Assembly: GCF_006345805.1 (NCBI RefSeq)
Contig: NC_043010.1
Location: 9,548,001 to 9,612,000, forward strand
Reading direction: 5' to 3'
DNA from: Octopus sinensis
Taxonomy: Eukaryota
DNA: 64,000 bases
A program made the translations under genes and the position numbers. This document shows, one piece after another, positions 53,615-64,000 of the stretch (its first letter is position 1; each line of letters begins with the position of its first letter). The notes beneath the pieces were generated by a model. The model saw only the letters and a list, made by a program, of their open reading frames with translations, did no database searches and had not been told where the DNA came from.

Positions 53615-53649
<35 letters not shown>

Positions 53650-53667
53650 GCTATTGCTGTTGCTGTT

Positions 53668-54048
53668 GAGAGAAGCGGTCTTCGTCCCAGAGCTTGCAAG
53701 ATCACGCCTCTGTAGTGGGAGAAGTCCGAAACGTGGTCCTTTGCTATTCGTAAGACCAGCAGAAGAGAAAGCAGGTCAACTCCTGACACCGAGAGCATCG
53801 ACAGATGGATGAATGCACATCCAGGCTCAATGGTTGCGTAGGAAGTCGGGGACAAGAAACAGGAAGAAAGAGAGTGAGAGAAAGTTGGGGCGAAAGAGTA
53901 CAACAGGGGTCACCACCACCCCCTGCCAGAGCCTCGTGGAGCTTTAGGTGTTTTTGCTCAATAAACACACACAATGCCTAGTCTGGGAATCGAAACCACG
54001 ATCCTCCAACTGCGAGTCTGCTGCCCTAACCATTGGGCCATTGCACCA
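53668..54048 (-). mobile_element. SINE E
   Basis: Near-identical to 21510-21878; sits inside a (GTT/GCT)n tract. Confidence 0.8.
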
Positions 54049-56329
54049 CCTGTTGTTGCTGTTGTTGTTGTTTAACCCCATGTTTGAGTTAGCCACCCTC
54101 TGATCAAAGACATTCCAACTTTGTCTAATCTATCATTTTAGCTGTAACTGGGGCTACATTATCTAATGTGTCCCATTCTTTCTTAAGATACTTATTTCTC
54201 ACTTTTCAGGAAGGTTGGTTGCTATTTATAGTCAGATGATCAACCATAGAGAGTGTCCTTCATTATTTCCAGTGATAAAGGATAAGTATAGAACAGTGGT
54301 CATGCCATGCTGACTCCTTTGTTGTTTTTCTAAATACCCTTTTTGATTTCACCATCCTTACTTTCCTCTCAATGAAAGACAAGCATATTTTATCCATGGT
54401 GTTTTGTTACCCATAACAGCACTACCTGCCTCTGTGCCCATTACACAATTCAGTTATTTAGTTAACTCACTTCTTTAATTGATAAATGTTCAAAGACAAG
54501 CTAAAGTCATGTTGTAAACTATATATGATGATAACTATGTAACATGATATATTTTTCAAGCAGCTCATTTATTTCAATTGTAATGGAATTGGTTACATAA
54601 TAAATTTAAAATTTATAGAAAATTAACGTCTTTTATAGCAATACATTTAGCTTTTTTTAGAATATATTCAAAATTTTCACAAAATTCTAGAATAGAATTA
54701 AATGCTTTCAGCTTTGATTCAATTCAATTTTTTGCTTCTTTTTTTTTCTGATTTATTTTTAGTTTTTTTTACTTTTTGCTTGAATCATCGATGGAGAAAA
54801 TATTCTCTAATTAGAGACATATTGACAACATTAAGAATATATATATATATATATATATATGACATATTTTTCTTGAATATATTTAATGCAAACTGTAAAC
54901 TATCTCAAGAAAATAAAACTATGCAATTTTTCTTCATATTTTGATACAACATGGGAAATGGTGAATTCCTCCTAAACAGACAGACATGAAGTAAAATTGA
55001 TATACTCAACCACATCTTAAATTGCTGTTGTGTACTTAAAACAAACTGGTCTGTAATTGTGAGGGGCCAGTGAGGTATACAATTTTTCTTAAATCTACAC
55101 TACATTCCATGATTACCAAAGCCAGAAAAGGGAGTCAGTCACCGGCTGACACTCGCTGACGATACATCGAAGAGGCCAGGGAACAGAAGAAAGAAGACAT
55201 GCACCCAACACCAGAAGTGAAGACACCTCCGAAAGGATGGGCCCCGCCACGTCAAAACGGTAGAGGAGTAGGGGCCGAAACCAGACGTGGTTCCTCCTGA
55301 TGATGTCTTGAGCTAACTGGATCCTATAAAGGAGCTGTTGTGGTAGCAGACCATGAAACACGTTTGTAATTCCCCTAATTAAAGATGAAATTTGTTTTTC
55401 TTTAGGGCATGTCATTAAAGAGGTTACAAATGATAATGAAGGTACTTTGATACATAACTGACTGAGTGATTAGCTAAATGATTAATTGAACAATTGATTG
55501 GTTTACAGGTTAAATTGTTAAATAGTTAAATTGAGGAATAATATAGAAGAAGTGAAGTTGAACTAATGCATGTATTTATTATTGGTATAGTGACCGTCTC
55601 AAGCTAAAACAAAAATGTATTTTGGATTTTAAAAAAAGTTTGATTCTATTCTGTTGGAAATCAAACTCCTTACTTTTGTATCTCCTTTCTTTTGTATCTC
55701 CTTTCTTTTGTATCTCTAGGGATTCTTATGCAAAATAAGAATGCCTCATTGAATCTTAACCTTTCACTCTGAAAAAATGGAGAGATATTAACAAAAAGAA
55801 AACAAAATTAGAAAAATATGAACTGCTTAGCTTTGAATGTTTTTTCCATAATAATGTTAGATGTCACTTTTAATATAGCATTGGATGTTTCCACCAGCTT
55901 CAGGTTTGCTTGGCTTCGGAGATAAGCAAACCCAAATTGTTTTATGCTATTTTTCATATAATTACCTCCCTAGAACCAAATCTAGTTTGATAGTTGTTGT
56001 TATTGTTGTTACTGCTGCCGTTGTTATTGTTGCTAAGCCCCATTTCAGCATTTATTGACAATTAAAGCCATTTTAGGCATGATCATCCTGCATTTTCTTT
56101 CAAACATAATATATCCCAAACAACATAGGTCTAATGTGTTCTTTTTGTAAAAAAATAGGTAAAAATTTGGTGGAGATTTGACTTCTATTTCTGTAAGTTC
56201 AAATGCTCATGCAAAAGCCCTTTCACTGCCTCATCTTCCTTTCAATGTGATGATATGATAAATCTGAATTGCACATAGTGTTAGTCCCATATAAATAAAT
56301 ACAAGGTAAATATTTTTGCAAATATCCAG

Positions 56330-56478
56330 ACCACACTGTAAAGTGGTTGATGTTAAGAAGGGCATCCAGCTGTAAAAACCTTGCCTAAACAGACACAGAA
56401 GTCTGGTGCAGGCTCCAGCCTGGCCAGATCTTGACAAACTGTCCAACACATGCCAGGATGGAAGGTTGACATTAAACA

Positions 56479-56514
<36 letters not shown>

Positions 56515-56530
56515 GCGACGATGATGATGA
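56330..56530 (+). mobile_element. Diverged RTE 3' UTR tail
   Basis: aagggcatccagctgtaaaa...(GAT)n. Confidence 0.65.
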
Positions 56531-56574
56531 AAGGCATGGCTATTAAATAAACATCAGAATATTTCTGGGACTTA

Positions 56575-56935
56575 CAGGGTGTCCCAGAAAGATGATATTT
56601 CTTAATTGCTAAAAATAAATTTAAGGTAGGATAATGAAATTTGGCACACATGTTCTAATGTAAATTGTCAATCCATTGCAGTAATCACATTTTAAAATGA
56701 TCACCTTTCTCCTTGATCATAGCCTGCAAACAAGTGGTCACTGAAATTGCATGAATGTTGTACCACCTCTTCATCCAACTTGACCCCTGAAGACAGAAGT
56801 GTTTTCTTCAGATCTGATACATTTGAATCAGAGCAAGCAGAAACATTACTCTCTAAGATGGATCAGATAGCAAAGTCCAATCTGGTCACATTTTGCTTTC
56901 GACACCATGTTTGTTTACGAACCTGTTACAGATGA
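56575..56935 (-). mobile_element. Tc1/mariner (maT/DD37D-like) 3' remnant
   Basis: TIR ta|cagggtgtccca; minus-strand peptides LDFAI*SILESNVSACSDSNVSDLKKTL..LDEEVV and LQAMIKEKGDHFK. Confidence 0.65.
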
Positions 56936-56989
56936 ACAAAAACAATAGAGGCATGAACAAAAGACATATGCACATCTTTATGTAAAATA

Positions 56990-57403
56990 CAGGTGCAGGA
57001 GTAGATGTGTGATAAGTAGCTTGCTAACCAACCACATGGTTCCGGGTTCAGTCCCGCTGCGTGGCATCTTGGGCAAGTGTCTTCTGCTATAGCCTCGGGC
57101 CGACCAAAACCTTGTGAGTGGATTTGGTAGACAGAAACAGAAAGAAACCTGTTGTATATATGTATATATGTATGTATGTGTGTGTGTATGTTTGTGTGTC
57201 TGTGTTTGTCCCTCTAGCATTGCTTGACAACCGATGGTGGTGTGTTTACGTCCCCGTCACTTAGCGGTTCGGCAAAAATAATTCGATAGAATAAGTACTG
57301 GGCTTACAAAAAATAAGTCCCGGGGTCGATTTGCTCGACTAAAGGCGGTGCTCCAGCATGGCTGCAGTCAAATGACTGAAACAAGTAAAAGAGTAAAAGA
57401 GTA
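56990..57403 (+). mobile_element. SINE A, full length
   Basis: Family A match. Confidence 0.85.
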
Positions 57404-57611
57404 TAGCATTACCTGAACCGATATTCTTTAGGAAGAGCTTTAAACATGGGTAAATCCTTTTGGGACTCCCTTTTTTTTTATACATACAAACAAATCAAGA
57501 TGGACAAAAGACCATTTACATTTATTTGGTTTTATCCAAAAGTCGCTACTATAATGCATTGTTTAGAAGAGTGCTTTGCTGCTTGTATCAAACTGAGGCC
57601 CTTGAAGTGTT

Positions 57612-57995
57612 CTCTTTTACTCTTTTACTTGTTTCAGTCATTTGACTGCAGCCATGCTGGAGCACCACCTTTAGTTGAGAAAATCAACTCCCAGGACTTA
57701 TTCTTTGTAAGCCTAGTATTTATTCTATTGGGCTCTTTTGCCTAACCGCTAAGTTACGGGGATGCAAACACACCAATGTCGAGTGATGTTGGGGGGACAA
57801 ACACAGACACACAAACACACACACATACATATATATACATATATATGAGAGGCTTCTTTCAGTTTCCGTCTACCAAATCCACTCACAAGGCTTTGGTCAG
57901 CCCGAGGCTATAGTAGAAGCCACTTGCCCAAGATGCCATGCAGTGGGACTGAACCCGGAACCATGTGGTTGGTAAGCAAGCTACTTACCACACTT
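57612..57995 (-). mobile_element. SINE A
   Basis: Family A match. Confidence 0.85.
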
Positions 57996-58219
57996 ACCAG
58001 AGATTAGATAAACAGTTACTAAAAATAGTATTGGGGTCCTCATTATAGTTGCAACCCAAGGGAACCTATAAAATTTTAATTCCTACATGGGTTTGTGTGA
58101 TCTGTCATTGTCCGCAATCAGTGGATGAATTGCTAATCAAGGGAACAAAATAAAAGTTAATATTGTCATCAAATTTAAGATGTGTGTGATTTTAAATGCA
58201 TAGAACGGTAGAGGAGGTA

Positions 58220-58765
58220 AAGATTATGATGATGACGATGACGTTGATGACAACGACAACAATGATATTGAATATGACAGTGATGATGATGATGACATTG
58301 ACGATAATGCTGATAACGACAACAACAATGATGTTGATGATGATGATGGAGGTGGTGGTGGTGGCGGTTGTAGCTGTGGCAGTGATGATGGTGGTGGTGG
58401 TGGTGGTAGTAGTGATGATGATGATTTTGATGAGGAGGATGTTTATAATGATGTTGATGATGACAGTGATGATGATGATGACTCCAAAGATAACAATGAT
58501 GACGATGATGACAACGTTTATGATGGTAGTAGTTGTGGTGCAGGTGCTGGTGCAGAGGAGGAGGAAGGAAAGAGAAAGTAAGAAGAAGAAGAAGAAGAAG
58601 AAAAAGAAGAAAAAGAAGAAGAAGAAGAAGAAGAAGAAGGAGAAGAATAAGAAGAAGAAGAAGAAGAAGAAGAAGAGGGGAGGAAGAAGAAGAGAAGAAG
58701 AAGAAGAAGAAGAAGAAGAAGAAGAAGAAGAAGAAGAAGAAGAAGAAGAAGAAGAAGAAGAAGAA
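58220..58765. repeat. (GAT)n/(GGT)n followed by long (GAA)n
   Basis: Directly visible. Confidence 0.95.
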
Positions 58766-59199
58766 AACGTTGATGACGATGGGGATTACAATGATGTGCA
58801 ACCCCTATAATTACGAACAGCAATGAAGAAGAGTATTTGTGCAATGAAATTATTCACCTTGATGGATGATGATGATGAAGGATTATTCACTGCTGAAGAT
58901 GAAGAACTGTGTGATTTTTGATAGAATTTTAATGTTTGAAATGTTTTAAGATTTACTATATAATTGTAATTTTAAAGCCATATAAAAATTTCTACTTCTG
59001 TTTGCACGCATAAATAAAACATGCAAATTCATTTAAATTCGCTGTATTTTTTCCTTTTGGTATTCATAACCTTAACCCTATTGATATCAACTCACTTGAA
59101 ATCTCTGATTCTACAATACAGTACTTCTTGTTTTATAGAGATCTCAATTAAAGTTTTCCTTCAAAATTCTGTATTTATGTTCCATACACCAACTGATTA

Positions 59200-59607
59200 T
59201 ACTCTTTACTCTTTTACTTGTTTCAGTCATTTGACTGCGGCCATGCTGGAGCACCGCCTTTAGTCGATCAAATTGACCCCGGGACTTATTCATTGTAAGC
59301 CCAGTACTTATTCTATCGGTCTCTTTTGCCGAACCGCTAAGTGACGGGGACGTAAACACACCAGCATCATTTGTCAAGCAATGCTAGGGGGACAAACACA
59401 GACACACAAACACACACACATGCATATATATATATATATACATATATACGACGGGCTTCTTTCAGTTTCCGTCTACCAAATCCACTCACAAGGCTTTGGT
59501 CGGCCCGAGTCTATAGTAGAAGACACTTGCCCAAGGTGCCACGCAGTGGAACTGAACCCAGAACCATGTGGTTGGTAAACAAGCTACTTACCACACAGCC
59601 ACTCCTG
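59200..59607 (-). mobile_element. SINE A, full length
   Basis: Family A match. Confidence 0.85.
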
Positions 59608-59900
59608 TATACATATATACAACAAATTTTTTTTCTGCTTCCTCTACCAAATCCACTCACATGGCTCTGGTTGACTTGAGGCTATAGTAAAAGATACTTG
59701 CCCAAGGTGCAACACAGTGGGACTGATCCTGGAACCATGTGGTTGGAAAGCAAGCTTTTTAACCACACAACCATGCCATACATATATATATGCAATATCT
59801 ATGTACAAATATATCAATAGCCCTGGGGCTAGTCAAGAAATGCACATCGTACTAAATGTACAGTCTATAATATACTTTGGGTCTATGGAAGGAACAGCTT

Positions 59901-60144
59901 CGATTCACTACAGCTGTTTCCAATAAATTTTTAGTTGATTAACGGGGATATTACATCATTATAAAAAAACAATTTTCACCAGGTGAATACATGAACCACA
60001 GCAAGAGTGATAGAGTCAAGAAGATGCGCATCCCATTGGCTCTTGAATGTTTTTGAATGCTGTGGCTCGTGGATTCTTCTGATGAAAACGGATTTTTCTC
60101 CATTAATCAATTAAAAATTCGTTGGAAACAGCTGTAGTGAATTG
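59901..60144. repeat. Long imperfect palindrome (foldback MITE-like)
   Basis: attcactacagctgtttccaa / ttggaaacagctgtagtgaat; pairing continues inward (ttttcaccaggtgaatacatgaaccacagca / tgctgtggctcgtggattcttctgatgaaaa). Confidence 0.75.
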
Positions 60145-60405
60145 ACACATTACCCATATGTACAAAAAATATATACACATGCACATACATACATATAAAT
60201 ACACATATATATGTATACACACACAACACACTCACGCACAAGCATATGTTAGGCTTCCACACATTTTCCATTTACTAAATCCACTCACAAGGTATTGATT
60301 GACTGAGGGTTATAGTAGAAGTCGCTTTCCCAGGTGCCACACAGTGAGACTGAACCTATGATTGCAAAGCAAGATTCTTAACCACATACTCATGCCTGCT
60401 CCTAT

Positions 60406-60813
60406 TCTCTTTTTCTCTTTTTACTTGTTTCAGTCATTTGACTGCAGCCATGCTGGAGCACCGCCTTTAATCGAGCAACTCGACCCCGGGACTTATTCTT
60501 TGTAAGCCCAGTACTTATTCTATCAGTCTCTTTTGCCGAACGTTAAGTGACGGGGACATAACCACCCAGCATCGGTTGTCAAGCAATGCTAGGGGGACAA
60601 ACACAGACACACAAACACACACACGCACATACAATATATTACATATATATACGACGGCTTCTTTCAGTTTCCATCTACAAATCCATTCACAAGGCATTGG
60701 TCAGCCCGGGGCTATAGTAGAAGACACTTGCCCAAGGTGTCACACAGTGGGACTGAACCCGGAACCATGTGGTTGGTAAACAAGCTACTTACCACACAGC
60801 CACTCCTGCACCT
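60406..60813 (-). mobile_element. SINE A, full length
   Basis: Family A match. Confidence 0.85.
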
Positions 60814-61886
60814 ATATAGGTATTATTACCAAAAGTTTTTTTTTTTTCCTTTTTATTCATCTAACACATCATTGGGAGTTCTATTACTGATACTGTACTT
60901 CCGATTCTTCCTTAAATTTCAGTTCTACCAAAACTAGTATCCATGTAATTATCAATTCTCTCAAATTTTAGTCTAAAAATCTGGTATAAAAATCTCATTC
61001 TCAACATTCACATGAATATATATACACTAGATGGATATCTTGTTTTCAAATTTTGTGGGTCACGTGTATCAAGATGTCTAAATTGTTGATGAAAATATTC
61101 AGTATTTAGAATGGCTCCTTCCTCCAACTCAAATATATTTATTTATTTATTTATTCATTTATAGGTAACAATTTAAAATGTTGATTTTGATGCTGGGAAA
61201 GATATTTAAATCCTCTTCAAAAGAACTACACTGCAACCTATTTATGCTGTGTCTATAGATTTATGAATTAATATTATGCTTTTTCCAGAGCTTTGAAGAA
61301 TAATAACCGAAAAAAAAAAAGAGAAAAAGAAAACCTTCTGCTTTTTATGAGATCTAACAAATGACAGACGCTGAGCAGATGATGTCTGTTATTGATAATA
61401 TAAAAGAGTCAGATCAGAGGCAAGAGAAAGTATTAACTTTTGAATTATTCAGTGACATGAAATGTAGCTCTGTGATATTAATAAAGGTGTGAACGACAAT
61501 GAACATAGCATGTCAGTAAATAAAAATACAATATCTATTAATGAAGATGCTCAATGAATGCGGCATGAAGCAGAAGCCATTTGTAATAAAAACATAGCAA
61601 ACTGCAATTTCTACAGGTCAGTCAACAGTGAACAGTTGGCTGAAGAATAGAGAAAAGAAAACGACACCCATTATGGACAAGGCAGTTTTTCTGGCTTGTT
61701 AAACAGTATTTCTTGTATCATTTGTATGAAAGTATTTCTCTTTCTATACATTTACACTTCTATTGCAGTAGTTGAGTGATTAAGATTTGTGGACTCTTGC
61801 CCTATGGGTTGCAAGTTCAAAACCTTTCAAGGAACATTCTTACATTATGTTATTGTACTTTGTATAACAAATTCACCTGCTTAACC

Positions 61887-62082
61887 TCTTTTATTCTTTT
61901 ATTCTCTTTTACTTGTTTCAGTCTTTTGACTGCGGCCATGCTGAAGCACTGCCTTTAGTCGAGCAAATCGACCCCAGGACTTATTCTATCAGTCTCGTTT
62001 GCCGAATCGCTAAGTTACGGGGACGTAAACACACCAGCATCGGTTGTCAAGCGATGTTGGGGGGATAAACACAGACATACAA

Positions 62083-62116
<34 letters not shown>

Positions 62117-62345
62117 GTGTGTGTATGTGTGTGTGTATATATATATCTTTTCTCTTTCATCTTCTAGCATTAACCTGTTTCAATCATTGGACTGCGGCCA
62201 TGCTGGGGCACTGCCTTGAATTTTTAATCAAATGAATCAACTCCAGGACTTATATTTAAAGCCAGGTACTTATTCTATCAGTCTCTTTTGTTGAAGTGCT
62301 AAGTTACAGGAACATAAATACACCAACACTGGTTGTCAAGACACA
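61887..62345 (-). mobile_element. Two partial SINE A 3' halves
   Basis: Family A tail halves at 61887-62100 and 62165-62345. Confidence 0.7.
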
Positions 62346-62969
62346 CACTTAGATATATATGTGCATGACTGCTGTCCGGTTGAGCCCCTGCCCACTCTCT
62401 ATATACCCAGGTTTTTGCTGCCATTCCCCTTCTCCTCACTCTCTAATCATGCTTCTTTTGCAATATCGTACCACTTATATTATGACGTTCAAACCTCAAG
62501 AGCATGCTCTGGCTCTTGTCCCTATCTATATCGCTCTCTTCCTTTACTCAAACATACCATTTATACTCTGATCCCTGTCTCTCGAGAGTATACCCAGCAC
62601 TTTGCCACCATCTCTATCCTGCTGCCTCCCACTCTCTCTCTCTCTCCTTTTTCTGCACTTCCCACAAGTTGGGTAACCATGTATCTCCTTTGTGGCAACA
62701 CACCTGCTTATGTCTTCATTCCTAATCTCTTTCTCTCACTCTCTCTCTCTCTCTCTTTCTGGCTGGGTAGCCTTGTACTCCCCTACAGCAGAATACTTAT
62801 TTTGGTATCTCTGTCTCACTATCGCCTTTCATCATCTAACACAAGATCACCTCCTCCAATGCCCCTTCCCCTCCCAAAACATTTTTTTTGTCTGTGCCCC
62901 AGAATGACCACAGATCGTGAGCTGAAACTAGATATTAAAAAAAAAGTTACTTGGTGACCCTGTTAGTTC

Positions 62970-63255
62970 GGGTGCCACTTAAAAAGCATCCAGTCCAAAC
63001 TGTAAAGTGGTTGGCATTTGGAAGGGTACCCAGCCATAAAAATCTTACCAAAACTGACCTTGCCTGTGCTTGTGCCATGTAAAAAGCACTAGTCCACTCT
63101 GATGATTGGATGGTGTAAGGAAGAGCATCCAACTGTAAAAAGCCTGCAAAACAGTCACAGAAATCTGGTGCCAGCTTTTGCCTGGTTGGCTACTATCAAA
63201 CCATCCTACTGATAACAGCATGGAAGGCGGACGTTAAACGATGATGATGATGATA
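62970..63255 (+). mobile_element. Diverged RTE-type 3' UTR
   Basis: Duplicated aaaaagca..ggaag(g/a)g..cca..taaaaa unit and tail ggcggacgttaaacgatgat. Confidence 0.6.
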
Positions 63256-63689
63256 TATACAACAGGTTTCTTTTAGTTTCCATCTACCAAACCCACTCAC
63301 AAAGCTTTGGTCAGCCTGTGGCTAAAGTAAAAGACACTCGCCCAAGGTGCCATGCAGTGGGACTGAACTCGGATCCATGTGGTTGAGAAGCAAGCTTCTT
63401 ACCACATAGCCACTTCTGTGACTCCAATAAATAAATAATGTATGTATGTATTTATGTATGTATGTATGTATGAATGTATGTATGTATGCATGTGTATATG
63501 TTATATGAAATACGGTGTCCTTACAAGCAAGTAATATGCACATACCAGTTGCCAGGAATGTGCTTCTTACACAAAATTGGTCTATCCAAAGTTTGGTGGC
63601 TATTAAGCAATGTGTTTGTGGTTCTCCAGTGGGTTGGCTGTGTACTGATGAAGGAGCACAAAAACTCTTGAAATATGTATATACACCTA

Positions 63690-63789
63690 NNNNNNNNNNN
63701 NNNNNNNNNNNNNNNNNNNNNNNNNNNNNNNNNNNNNNNNNNNNNNNNNNNNNNNNNNNNNNNNNNNNNNNNNNNNNNNNNNNNNNNNN
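63690..63789. other. Assembly gap (100 N)
   Basis: Run of N. Confidence 1.
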
Positions 63790-64000
63790 ATGCATGTATG
63801 AATGTTATGTATACATTCATACATATATGTGTGTTGTGTGTGTTATATATATATATATATATATATGCATGTATGAATGTATATGTATACATGCATACAT
63901 ATATGTGTGTGTGTGTGTATATATATATATATGCTTGTATGAATGTATATGTATACATACATACATATATATATACAAACATATATATATATATATGTAT

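Overview
AT-rich, microsatellite-saturated animal DNA that looks intronic or intergenic. The repeat families resemble, from recollection, those of Octopus/coleoid cephalopods; this is an inference, not a database result. I can support no host protein-coding exon, and almost all ORFs in the track are translations of simple repeats or SINE bodies. The window is a mosaic of four tRNA-headed SINE families (my labels A, B, D, E), RTE-LINE 3' ends, CR1 and R4/Dong LINE fragments, Tc1/mariner remnants, and hAT- and piggyBac-type MITEs, with one 100-N gap. The main discovery is a nest of non-coding elements at 39.46-42.89 kb, each inserted between (TA)n tracts and each carrying a Type I hammerhead ribozyme (HHR) fold. 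It includes a ~487-bp tandem repeat with three complete canonical HHRs arranged divergently around an inversion junction. This fits a non-LTR retrozyme or Penelope-dependent element predicted to release a ~487-nt self-cleaved, possibly circular RNA. At least three other sequence-unrelated HHR families lie next to it, with further remnants at 26.7 kb and possibly 55.3 kb. Boundaries of old repeats are approximate.
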